A stretch of 24,000 nucleotides of DNA, from NCBI GenBank assembly GCA_029945425.1, contig JAQSDV010000002.1, positions 558,567 through 582,566 of the forward strand, given 5' to 3'. Position 1 is the stretch's first letter. Every line of letters starts with the position of its first letter. The notes under the pieces are model-generated. The model made no database searches and was not told where the DNA came from. It was given only the letters and a program-made list of their open reading frames with translations. Positions 14,496-24,000 of this stretch are shown one piece after another. The DNA comes from a bacterium. Lineage in GTDB: Bacteria > Pseudomonadota > Alphaproteobacteria > Micavibrionales > UBA2020. The position numbers were made by a program, and so were the translations under genes.

Positions 14496-17099
14496 ATGGC
14501 ACGCACCGAAAACGCCCCGCAGACAAAACTGCTGAAAGATTACAAGAAACCCGATTTCGAAATCGACCATGTGCATCTGCTGTTCGACATCCACCCCGGC
14601 AAGACTCTGGTGACGGCGAAAACCGTTTACCGCCGCACGAACGCCGCCGCCAAAGACCTTGTGCTGGATGGTCAGGAACTGGTGCTGCATTCAGTGAAAC
14701 TGAATAACGAGGCGCTGTCCGGCAACCGATATACCAAGGATGACAGCACGCTGACCATCAGCGATGTGCCCGACAGCTTCACGCTCGATATCGTGACCGA
14801 AATTTATCCCGAGAAAAATACGGCGCTCGAAGGGCTTTACAGCTCCAGCGGCAATTACTGCACGCAGTGCGAGCCGGAGGGTTTCCGCAAGATCACCTAT
14901 TACCTCGACCGCTCCGACGTGATGACCAAATTCACCACGCGCGTGCAGGCCGACAAGGACAGCTGCCCCGTGCTGCTGTCGAACGGCAATTGCATTGAAA
15001 AAGGCGAGCTGCCCGATGGTCGCCATTTTTCGACCTGGGAAGACCCGCATAAAAAACCCTGCTACCTGTTCGCGCTCGTCGCGGGCAACCTTGCCCATAT
15101 CCACGACACCTTCACGACCATGAACGGCAAGAAGGTTGATTTGTACATCTACGTCAACCACGGCAACGAAAAGAAATGCGACCATGCGATGCTGGCGCTG
15201 AAAAATTCGATGAAGTGGGACGAGGAAAAATACGGCCGCGAATACGACCTCGATATTTTCAACATCGTCGCCGTCAATGATTTCAATTTCGGCGCGATGG
15301 AGAACAAGAGCCTCAACATTTTCAACTCCAAACTCGTTCTTGCCGTGCCGGAAACGGCGACCGATGGCGACTACCTTGCGATCGAGGGAGTCGTGGCGCA
15401 TGAATACTTCCACAACTGGACCGGCAACCGCATCACCTGCCGCGACTGGTTCCAGCTAAGCCTGAAGGAAGGCTTGACGGTCTTCCGCGACCAGTGCTTC
15501 TCCTCCGACATGAATTCGGCGGCGGTGCAGCGCATCGACGACGTTGAACAGCTGCGCAATGCCCAGTTCCCCGAAGATGCAAGCCCGATGGCGCATCCCA
15601 TCCGCCCCGACAACTATATCGAGATCAACAATTTCTACACCGCGACCGTGTACGAAAAAGGCGCGGAAGTGATCCGCATGATCCATTCGCTGCTGGGCGC
15701 AGAAAAATACCGTAAGGGAACCGACCTCTATTTCGCGCGCCATGACGGGCAAGCCGTCACCTGCGACGATTTTGTGAAGTGCATGGAAGACGCATCGGGC
15801 GTTGACCTGACGCAGTTCAAGCTCTGGTACATGCAGGCCGGCACGCCCGACATCAAGGTTAAGTCGGAATACGACGCGCTGACGAAACGCTTCACGCTGA
15901 AACTGGAACAACACACGCCCGCCACGCCCAACCAGTCGGGCAAGTCGCCGATGCATATGCCGATAGCGGTAGGCCTGCTGGGCAAGAACGGGGCGGATTT
16001 GCTGCCTGAAGGCACACGCATGCTGGAACTGCGCGAGAGAACGCAGGATTTCGTGTTTGAAGGCATCGCCGAAAAACCCGTGCCGTCGCTGCTGCGCGGT
16101 TTCTCTGCTCCCGTAAAACTTTATTCCGACCTGACGGAAAACGATCTGCTGTTCCTGATGGCGAATGATAGCGACGGTTTCAACCGCTGGGATGCGGGGC
16201 AGACCTATCTGCAACGCCTGATCCTCGGCTACGCGAACGGCAAATCGAAAGTGCTGCCGCCCGATTGTATCAGCGCATTCGGCAAACTGATTGCAGATAC
16301 CAAGGCGGACAAGGCGTTGGTGGCCAAGGCGCTGGCGCTGCCGTCCGAAACATACCTCGCACAATTGATGGATGTGGTGGATGTGGACGGACTGTATGAC
16401 GCCCGCCAGTTTATCCTTGGCGAAGTCGGCCGCACTTTCTCGACCACGCTGCAGCAGCTTTATACCAGCAACATCGATAACGGCCCGTACAGCCCCTCGC
16501 CCGCTGCCATGGGCAAACGCAGGCTGAAATCGGTCGCGCTGCGCTATATCCATGAAGCGGATGAAGCGACAGGCGTGAAACTGGCCGCACAGCAGTTCAA
16601 GGATGCGACGAACATGACCGACAAGGTCGGCGCGCTCGCGATTTTGACTGACACCCATTCGGCCGAGGCGAAGGCCGCGTTCGAGGAATTCTATTCCGAA
16701 TGGAAGGCCGACCCGCTGGTGCTCGACAAATGGTTCAGCCTGCAGGCGATCGGCGACCGGCAGGATATCGTGGAATCCGTGGGCAAGCTGACCGCGCATC
16801 CTGATTTTACATACAAGAACCCGAACCGCCTGCGCTCCCTCGTCGGCGCATTCGCCATGAACAACCAGCGCTGGTTCCACCGCAAGGATGGCGCGGGTTA
16901 CAGGCTGCTGGCGGATACGGTTATCAAGGTAAATGCCATCAACCCGTCAACTGCGGCGCGCCTGCTGAATCCTTTGCGTAACTGGAAACGCTATGACGCC
17001 GCACGCAAGTCCTTGATGGAACAAGAATTAAAGCGTATCCTGTCGGAGAAGGACATTTCCAATGATGTCTACGAAATCGCGTCAAAAAGTTTAAGCTAG
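14496..17099 (+). CDS. pepN: Aminopeptidase N (M1 family)
   Basis: GAMEN exopeptidase motif, HEYFHNWTGNR...WFQLSLKEGLTVFRDQ zinc site (HExxH-18-E), and near full-length collinearity with E. coli PepN as recalled. Length is 867 aa. Confidence 0.97.
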   Translation: MARTENAPQTKLLKDYKKPDFEIDHVHLLFDIHPGKTLVTAKTVYRRTNAAAKDLVLDGQELVLHSVKLNNEALSGNRYTKDDSTLTISDVPDSFTLDIVTEIYPEKNTALEGLYSSSGNYCTQCEPEGFRKITYYLDRSDVMTKFTTRVQADKDSCPVLLSNGNCIEKGELPDGRHFSTWEDPHKKPCYLFALVAGNLAHIHDTFTTMNGKKVDLYIYVNHGNEKKCDHAMLALKNSMKWDEEKYGREYDLDIFNIVAVNDFNFGAMENKSLNIFNSKLVLAVPETATDGDYLAIEGVVAHEYFHNWTGNRITCRDWFQLSLKEGLTVFRDQCFSSDMNSAAVQRIDDVEQLRNAQFPEDASPMAHPIRPDNYIEINNFYTATVYEKGAEVIRMIHSLLGAEKYRKGTDLYFARHDGQAVTCDDFVKCMEDASGVDLTQFKLWYMQAGTPDIKVKSEYDALTKRFTLKLEQHTPATPNQSGKSPMHMPIAVGLLGKNGADLLPEGTRMLELRERTQDFVFEGIAEKPVPSLLRGFSAPVKLYSDLTENDLLFLMANDSDGFNRWDAGQTYLQRLILGYANGKSKVLPPDCISAFGKLIADTKADKALVAKALALPSETYLAQLMDVVDVDGLYDARQFILGEVGRTFSTTLQQLYTSNIDNGPYSPSPAAMGKRRLKSVALRYIHEADEATGVKLAAQQFKDATNMTDKVGALAILTDTHSAEAKAAFEEFYSEWKADPLVLDKWFSLQAIGDRQDIVESVGKLTAHPDFTYKNPNRLRSLVGAFAMNNQRWFHRKDGAGYRLLADTVIKVNAINPSTAARLLNPLRNWKRYDAARKSLMEQELKRILSEKDISNDVYEIASKSLS

Positions 17100-17107
17100 A
17101 GAAACGC

Positions 17108-17848
17108 ATGACCGCAGAATTTGCCGACCACGACTGTATCCTCTGCAAGAAACCGTTTTTTCCCTTTCCGATGGGCGAAAAAAACGGGTGTATTTTGCAC
17201 GCCTGCAAGAATTGCGGGACCGTGATGACAGAACCGCTGGTCGCGAAGGACGAACTCGACGCGTATTTCGCCAGCATTGATCCGCAAATCACGCATGTTC
17301 CCGATCCCGCGCGCGAAATCATCGAGATGAAAGACCGCATCGTCAAAATCTCGCCGGAGCTGAAGGGCAAGCGTTTCCTTGATGTTGCGGCGCGCCAGGG
17401 CTATGCGGTCAAGGCCGCGCATTTGCAGGGCATGAAGGTGTTCGGCATCGACGCGCATGATTTCTTTATCCGCTTCGCGCAGGAGAAATATCCGCCCGAC
17501 CTGTTCCAGAACATCAGCGTGCAGGATTACGCGGCAACCGATCCGGAAAAATACGATATCGCTTTCGCGCTCGAAACTTTCTGCGAACAGCCCGACCCCG
17601 AAGCATTTGTGGCCGGCCTCGCCCGCCTCGTGAAGCCGGGCGGCCTCCTTTATATCGAGGAAGTGGACGGCAACAGCTTTAACCTGCCGCGCAACTTCGC
17701 GAACTGGTCCTATGTCGATCCGCCCCTGAATTTTATCTATATGTCCAAGCGCGGGATGGAGGCGATCCTTAATCGCCACGGTTTCCAGATTCAGAAAATG
17801 TTCTTTACATGGCGCCCCCTGATGCGTTTAATTGCCGTCAGGCAATAA
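17108..17848 (+). CDS. Methyltransferase-fold protein with an N-terminal 4-Cys zinc ribbon and a degenerate SAM-binding loop
   Basis: CILC...CKNC forms a CxxC-N21-CxxC pattern. The class-I-like core has FLDVAARQGYAV where LDxGxGxG is expected. LVKPGGLLYIE is the motif-VI-like strand. Confidence 0.6.
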   Translation: MTAEFADHDCILCKKPFFPFPMGEKNGCILHACKNCGTVMTEPLVAKDELDAYFASIDPQITHVPDPAREIIEMKDRIVKISPELKGKRFLDVAARQGYAVKAAHLQGMKVFGIDAHDFFIRFAQEKYPPDLFQNISVQDYAATDPEKYDIAFALETFCEQPDPEAFVAGLARLVKPGGLLYIEEVDGNSFNLPRNFANWSYVDPPLNFIYMSKRGMEAILNRHGFQIQKMFFTWRPLMRLIAVRQ

Positions 17849-17857
17849 CCGCAATTT

Positions 17858-18553
17858 TTGGGCCGAGATGTGAAGAAACAGGCGCTCCCCCTCGATCTTC
17901 CCGATTACACTCCCGACTTCAGCTTTGAAGACCGCCACAGCCATGGCCATGTGTGCGGCATAGACGAAGCGGGCCGCGGCCCCCTTGCCGGCCCCGTCGT
18001 CGCCGCCGCTGTCATCATCCGCCGCGCCGATATGCCGATGGAAATTCTCGTGCAGATCAATGACAGCAAGAAGCTGGATCGCGATAAAAGAGAATTTCTT
18101 TTCAAGATGATAAACCAATATGCTCATGTATCGGTTGGAGTTTGCAGCGTCGAGGAAATCGACCGGATCAATATTTTACAGGCGTCGCTGCTCGCCATGC
18201 GCAAGGCGCATATGAAGCTGAAAAAGCTCGTGGAAATTCCGCCCGTTGCGGCGCTGATCGACGGCAATATGCCGCCGAAACTCGGGCGCGGCGTGAATGT
18301 GCTGACAATCGTAAAAGGCGATGCGCGCAGCTACTCAATTGCCGCTGCGTCGATTATTGCGAAGCATCACCGCGATGAAATCATGATCCGGCATGCAAAG
18401 AAGTTTCCGCAATACGGATGGATGACGAATGCGGGTTACGGCACGCCGGAGCATCTTGAAGCCCTTGAAAAACATGGGGTAACTCCGTTACATCGCCGTA
18501 GTTTCGCGCCTGTTTCTAACAGGCTGGATAAGCAAAGTTCTGCAAACAACTGA
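17858..18553 (+). CDS. rnhB: Ribonuclease HII
   Basis: GIDEAGRGPLAGPVVAAAV (DEDD catalytic motif), DSKKL, SIAAASIIAK, and GYGT..H..AL...G. The start is TTG at 17858, with an alternative GTG at 17870. Confidence 0.95.
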   Translation: MGRDVKKQALPLDLPDYTPDFSFEDRHSHGHVCGIDEAGRGPLAGPVVAAAVIIRRADMPMEILVQINDSKKLDRDKREFLFKMINQYAHVSVGVCSVEEIDRINILQASLLAMRKAHMKLKKLVEIPPVAALIDGNMPPKLGRGVNVLTIVKGDARSYSIAAASIIAKHHRDEIMIRHAKKFPQYGWMTNAGYGTPEHLEALEKHGVTPLHRRSFAPVSNRLDKQSSANN

Positions 18554-18557
18554 ATAA

Positions 18558-19759
<1,202 letters not shown>

Positions 19760-19760
<1 letters not shown>

Positions 19761-20155
19761 TGGAACAGGACAATCCCCTCCGCGCGCCCCTGACGATCCT
19801 CGCCATGGTGTTGATCGTCAGCGGCGCGGTTCTTGTGATGGCGTTCGGCTATGCCGCATGGCAAATGATCTACCATCCCGAGAATGTCGAGGGCATCAAA
19901 TACCTGTTTGCGAAGGCGATACCGGCCTCGGAAACGCCCGCCTTCACTTTCACCGAAGACGGGCATGTGCGCACACTGGAAATGAATGACTCCGTTAAAA
20001 TGTTTTTTACAATTTTCCTCGGCATCATGGTTTTCCGCGCGTTGATTGGTGTCGGCGGCGCGCTCACCGGCACGGGCGTTACCATCCTGCGTGTCCTTGA
20101 CGCCCTTTCCCCCAAGAAACCGCGCCGCGACAACGAACCCGCCATTCCGCTTTAG
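19760..20155 (+). CDS. Small two-TM membrane protein, paralog A
   Basis: The start overlaps the ccrM stop (TGATG, 19758-19762). TM1 is LTILAMVLIVSGAVLVMAFGYAAW and TM2 is VKMFFTIFLGIMVFRALIGVGGAL. It shares FGYAAWQ.(I/L)YHPE.V...Y, KMF and G(V)(T/S)IL with the next ORF. Confidence 0.6.
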
Positions 20156-20183
20156 GCCAGATCCATTTTTTATAGAGGCACGT

Positions 20184-20594
20184 ATGCAGCAGCAGCTCAA
20201 ACCCCTCCTGATGCTCGTCGCACTTGTGTTGATTGCGGGCGGTGCGGCGCTGGCGCTTTGCTTCGGCTACGCGGCATGGCAGGTGCTGTACCATCCTGAA
20301 AAGGTCGATACGCTGACCTACATCCTCGGCAATATGGCGCAGCAAAAAGACGTGCCCGCGATGACGATGATGGTGGATGGCCGCGTGGGTGAATACCGGA
20401 TTTCCGCGCCGATGAAGATGTTCGGGCTCGCCTATCTGTTTATCGCGGGCCTTGCCATGCTGGTGAGCATCGCGCGCTGCCTGTCGGATGCCGGCGTTAG
20501 TATCCTGAAGGCGATATGGCTGCCGCCCGCCCCTACGCGCAAGCCGCAGCCGCCACAGGCTACACCCCAGAAAAAGCCGGAAGTCGCGCTTTAA
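20184..20594 (+). CDS. Small two-TM membrane protein, paralog B, with a Pro-rich C-terminal tail
   Basis: The tracked ORF starts at 20046. The preferred start is the ATG at 20184 (MQQQLKPLL) after AGAGG at 20174-20178, which avoids overlap with paralog A. By eye it is roughly one-third identical to paralog A. Confidence 0.6.
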   Translation: MQQQLKPLLMLVALVLIAGGAALALCFGYAAWQVLYHPEKVDTLTYILGNMAQQKDVPAMTMMVDGRVGEYRISAPMKMFGLAYLFIAGLAMLVSIARCLSDAGVSILKAIWLPPAPTRKPQPPQATPQKKPEVAL

Positions 20595-20597
20595 AAA

Positions 20598-21374
20598 TCA
20601 GCGGATATAAACCGTCGTCACGAACTTCGTCATGTCCTTGTCGAGGAACACGTCGATCTGTGACAGCTCCGACACGAACATCGCGCGGCTGCGCCGCAGG
20701 TTGACCGGCGGCGGCCCGATCTTGTTGATCAACGACTGCAGGCGGAACCGGAAACGCACATAGAGGCGGCGGTCGGTGTTCTTCACCGCGGCCATCTTGT
20801 CGAGCAGCTGTTTCGCTTCGTCCATCGGTATCTTGAGACGGTCGAAGGTAAGCGGCTGATGCATCTGCGCGGTGAAGTTGACGGGAAAGGACAGCGAGAG
20901 TTCCGTGTCGCCGCAGAGCTTCTTGATGCCCTTTTCCTTTTCGCCGATCTGCGTGACGTCCAGCAGCGACATCGATCCCACGCGCACGAGCGCGCTTTCT
21001 GGCTTGAACGGGAAATCCTGCGTCTCGAAGTTATAGACGTTCAGGAAGATCGTGCCGCCCAGTTGGTACTGGATGCGGTAATAATCTTTATGCTGCGTCA
21101 CGCGGCTGACGATCTGCTGGCGAATTTTCTGCCAGTCGAAGTCGTTCTTGCTGTTCGCTTTCCACAGGTCGCAGAACATCAGCTTGGCGTAATCATTCGC
21201 GACCAGCGGGTCCGTGATGTCGACGCCGTCCATCATCACAAGCGTCTGCACGAGTTCCTTGTAGTTGGGATCGGCGTAGGATTCACCCTTGTCACCCCCG
21301 ATAACACCGGCGCGCGCCGCAGTGAAGGCAGCTAACAACAAGAAGCAGGCAAAGACGGAAGCAAAGAATCTCAT
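20598..21374 (-). CDS. Secreted hypothetical protein
   Basis: The preferred start is the ATG at 21374, 8 nt after GGAG; the tracked GTG is at 21383. The signal peptide is MRFFASVFACFLLLAAFTAARA. No catalytic motif was recognised. It lies 55 nt downstream of mutY on the same strand with no hairpin between them. Confidence 0.65.
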   Translation of the reverse strand: MRFFASVFACFLLLAAFTAARAGVIGGDKGESYADPNYKELVQTLVMMDGVDITDPLVANDYAKLMFCDLWKANSKNDFDWQKIRQQIVSRVTQHKDYYRIQYQLGGTIFLNVYNFETQDFPFKPESALVRVGSMSLLDVTQIGEKEKGIKKLCGDTELSLSFPVNFTAQMHQPLTFDRLKIPMDEAKQLLDKMAAVKNTDRRLYVRFRFRLQSLINKIGPPPVNLRRSRAMFVSELSQIDVFLDKDMTKFVTTVYIR

Positions 21375-21429
21375 GGGGATCACTCCGGAAAAATTCAGCT
21401 ACTCATAATAGGTTTTGGCGCAGGAATAC

Positions 21430-22509
21430 TCAAGCCGTCTTGGTTTTCCCGTTCACACACAACCGGATAGCCTTTTTCATCAGGGTCGGCAGCGCGTAAT
21501 CGTCCAGTTTCTTTGCTGTAATCCAAGTCGATTGGTCGAGACTCGCATTTTTCGTATCCCCTGTCCAAATATCCAGTACAAGGTCGAAATGGGTAAAGCT
21601 GTGGCGCACTTCGGCGTCGAGTTGCCGCAACCGCGTGATTTTGACGGGTGGCGGCAGGGTGGCGACCGCCTTTTTATCGGTCACCCAGTCGGTCGTCGGC
21701 AACTGGTACATCCCTTCGTACAATCCCTGCCCTGCACGCTTGTGGATCAGGAATTCGCCCTTGGCGTTATTGATCCAGTAGACCTTGCCATACCGGACGG
21801 GCTTCGCCGCCTTCGCCAGCTTGCGCGGTAATTCTTCCTGAATGCCGGCCTTGCGCGCTGCGCAGTCCTCGCGCCACGGGCAGACCGGGCATTTGGGCTT
21901 GCGCGGTGTGCAGACGGTTGCGCCCAGTTCCATGAATGCCTGCGTGAAATCGCCGGGGTGGGTATTGCCCTCCGCCAGTTTGGTAGCGCCCGCACGAATG
22001 GCGGGCTTTGACAATGGCAACGGTTCTTCAATCGCAAAGAAGCGGCTGACCACACGTTCCACGTTGCCGTCCACGGCGACGGCAGGCTGGTCAAACGCGA
22101 TAGATGACACGGCCGCAGCGGTGTAAGGCCCGATACCCGGCAGTTCCAGCAACTCATCCACCATGCGCGGAAATTTGCCGCCGCATTTCTCCACCACCGC
22201 AATCGCGCATTTGTGCAGGTTGCGGGCGCGGGCGTAATAGCCAAGCCCCGCCCATGCCGCCAGCACGTCATCCAGCTTCGCCGCCGCCAAATCCTGCACC
22301 GTCGGCCATTTGCCGATGAATTTCAAAAAGTACGGCCCGACGGTAATCACGGTCGTCTGCTGCAGCATGATTTCCGACAGCCAGACATGATACGGGTTTG
22401 GCCGCTTGCCCCTGACCGCCCGCCACGGCATCACGCGCTGGTGACGGTCGAACCAGTCCAGCAATTGGTGCTGGAGGCGCGGAACCGATGATTTCTTGGT
22501 GCTGGACAT
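21430..22509 (-). CDS. mutY: A/G-specific adenine DNA glycosylase MutY
   Basis: PWR....PY.VWLSEIMLQQTTV, the HhH-GPD segment LPGIGPYTAAAV, the 4Fe-4S loop CTPRKPKCPVCPWREDC, and a C-terminal NUDIX-like domain. Length is 359 aa. Confidence 0.95.
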   Translation of the reverse strand: MSSTKKSSVPRLQHQLLDWFDRHQRVMPWRAVRGKRPNPYHVWLSEIMLQQTTVITVGPYFLKFIGKWPTVQDLAAAKLDDVLAAWAGLGYYARARNLHKCAIAVVEKCGGKFPRMVDELLELPGIGPYTAAAVSSIAFDQPAVAVDGNVERVVSRFFAIEEPLPLSKPAIRAGATKLAEGNTHPGDFTQAFMELGATVCTPRKPKCPVCPWREDCAARKAGIQEELPRKLAKAAKPVRYGKVYWINNAKGEFLIHKRAGQGLYEGMYQLPTTDWVTDKKAVATLPPPVKITRLRQLDAEVRHSFTHFDLVLDIWTGDTKNASLDQSTWITAKKLDDYALPTLMKKAIRLCVNGKTKTA

Positions 22510-22538
22510 AAGAAACTAAATAGACATACTAATCACCT

Positions 22539-23033
22539 ATGACAACCTTTAACCGCCCGCGCCCGCTATCCGATCTTGTGCCCGGCTTGACCAAGGATAT
22601 CTTTGGCAAGAAGAACCTGCTGTTCGGAAAACTGATCGCGCAATGGGTGGATATCGTGGGGCCAGAAACCGCCGCCCATACCATGCCGGTCGAGCTGAAA
22701 TTCCAGCGGAAGACGGAGAAGGAAAAGGGCGGATCGCCGCAGGCCGTTTTGCTGCTGGGTGTGCAGCCCGCCTTCGCCCTTGAATTCAGCTACCAGAAGA
22801 ATTTGATGATCGAACGGCTGAATGCCTTTTTCGGCTACCCCGCCATCAAGGACATCAAGATTATCCAGGATTCATCAATTATGGATAATAAGAAACCCAA
22901 GCCGGTCAAAATCAAGCCCCTCACCCTGCAAGAGCAGCAGTCAATCGATGCCGTAACAGCCGATATTAAAGATAATGATTTACAAACGGCGTTAAAAAAT
23001 TTAGGTAAAGCAATCGCCTCGCGCAAGGAATGA
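22539..23033 (+). CDS. DUF721 family protein (DciA-type helicase-loader-like)
   Basis: LSDLVP...LIAQWVDIVGPETAAHTMPVELKF....AVLLLGVQPAFALEFSYQKNLMIERLNAFFG fits the DUF721 pattern (W..IVG..xA.HT.P). The divergent arrangement with mutY is one I recall from other alphaproteobacteria. This was not verified by search. Confidence 0.6.
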   Translation: MTTFNRPRPLSDLVPGLTKDIFGKKNLLFGKLIAQWVDIVGPETAAHTMPVELKFQRKTEKEKGGSPQAVLLLGVQPAFALEFSYQKNLMIERLNAFFGYPAIKDIKIIQDSSIMDNKKPKPVKIKPLTLQEQQSIDAVTADIKDNDLQTALKNLGKAIASRKE

Positions 23034-23079
23034 TCCCGCGCAAGAATTTTATGACAATTGAAGTAGACAAGGTGCATCC

Positions 23080-23649
23080 ATGGCAAAAGTAGCCGCAAAC
23101 ACCCTCCGTAAAGGAATGGTCGTTGAATACAACAGCAAGCTTTGGGTAGTCGTCGAGAACGAACTCCGCTCCCCCGGCAAAGGCGCAGCGGTTGCGCAGG
23201 TCATCATGCGCGACATCCAGTCCGGCACGAAAATGGACATCCGCTTCGCGACGCAGGACATGGTCGAGCGCGCGCGCGTTGACGAAGAAGATTACCAATA
23301 CCTCTACAGCGACGGCAACCACTACACCTTCATGCACACGGAAACCTTTGACCAGGTGATCGTGGACAAGGAACTGATCGGCGAGCCCGCTGTGTTCCTG
23401 CAGGAAAACATGGTCTGCGTCCTTCAGACGAACGAAGGCAAGCCCCTGTCCGTCACGCTGCCCGAAACCGTCACCATGATGATCTCGGAAGCCGACCCCG
23501 TTGTTAAGGGCCAGACCGCGTCATCGTCGTACAAACCCGCTGTGCTGGAAAACGGCGCGCGCGTACTGGTGCCGCCGCATATCGAGGCTGGCACCCGCAT
23601 CGTTGTGCGTACCGAAGATTCTTCATACGTCGAGCGCGCGAAAGACTGA
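23080..23649 (+). CDS. efp: Translation elongation factor P
   Basis: LRKGMVVEYN.KLW.V...E...PGKGAA..QV..R....G.K...RF, with the loop Lys at position 34. Length is 189 aa and three-domain collinearity holds. Confidence 0.97.
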   Translation: MAKVAANTLRKGMVVEYNSKLWVVVENELRSPGKGAAVAQVIMRDIQSGTKMDIRFATQDMVERARVDEEDYQYLYSDGNHYTFMHTETFDQVIVDKELIGEPAVFLQENMVCVLQTNEGKPLSVTLPETVTMMISEADPVVKGQTASSSYKPAVLENGARVLVPPHIEAGTRIVVRTEDSSYVERAKD

Positions 23650-23653
23650 TAAA

Positions 23654-24000
23654 ATGGTTCTCTCCCGCCGCTCCGCTATCCTGAACGTCATGGTTGATGC
23701 TGCTGAAAAGGCGGGCCGCGCGCTCGTCCGCGATTTCGGCGAAGTCGAACATCTTCAGGTGTCCAAAAAAGGCCCCGCCGATTTCGTTTCCACCGCCGAT
23801 CTGAAATCCGAAAAGATCCTCATGGAAACCCTGTCGAAGGGCCGCCCCTCCTACGGCTTCCTGATGGAAGAAGGCGGAGAGAAAAAGGGCACTGAATCCA
23901 ACATGCGCTGGATCATCGACCCGCTCGACGGCACGACCAACTTCCTGCACGGCATCCCGCACTGGTGCGTTTCGATCGGCCTTGAAAAAGACGGCGATAT
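23654..24000 (+). CDS. suhB: Inositol monophosphatase family protein (SuhB-like); 5' part only, runs off the window
   Basis: Hand translation from the ATG at 23654 gives MVLSRRSAILNVMVDAAEKAGRAL...ADFVSTADLKSEKIL...FLMEEGG...WIIDPLDGTTNFLHGIPHWCVSIG. This includes the IMPase motifs EE and DPLDGT. Confidence 0.85.
   Translation, partial: MVLSRRSAILNVMVDAAEKAGRALVRDFGEVEHLQVSKKGPADFVSTADLKSEKILMETLSKGRPSYGFLMEEGGEKKGTESNMRWIIDPLDGTTNFLHGIPHWCVSIGLEKDGD

Overview
This window looks like alphaproteobacterial chromosome. The evidence is a CcrM-type GANTC methyltransferase next to rnhB, a DUF721/DciA-like gene divergent from mutY, efp-suhB, and rplU-rpmA-obg. Housekeeping genes dominate: bcp, an AlaRS, rplU, rpmA, obg, pepN, rnhB, ccrM, mutY, efp and suhB. 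Several accessory or unusual elements are interleaved with them. (1) A translationally coupled four-gene cassette (carrier protein, FkbH-like HAD-IIIC loader, SAM methyltransferase, VOC/glyoxalase-fold protein) sits 5 nt upstream of pepN, with no PKS, NRPS or glycosyltransferase partner in view. (2) An AT-rich minus-strand island encodes two Sel1-repeat proteins and a cold-shock/DUF1294 membrane protein. (3) A short 623-aa AlaRS lacks the C-Ala domain and is preceded by an Ala-run mini-ORF with alternative hairpins. (4) A 372-bp AT-rich intergenic region ends in a strong intrinsic terminator. It carries C-rich single-stranded motifs and a UUCG hairpin, so it may be an sRNA or an attenuating leader. 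(5) Four GANTC sites cluster across the ccrM start codon. (6) ccrM is translationally coupled to a tandem pair of paralogous small two-TM proteins. I saw no CRISPR array, tRNA, rRNA, transposase, integrase or recognisable defence-system gene. All product calls come from motif recognition by eye. No searches were run.
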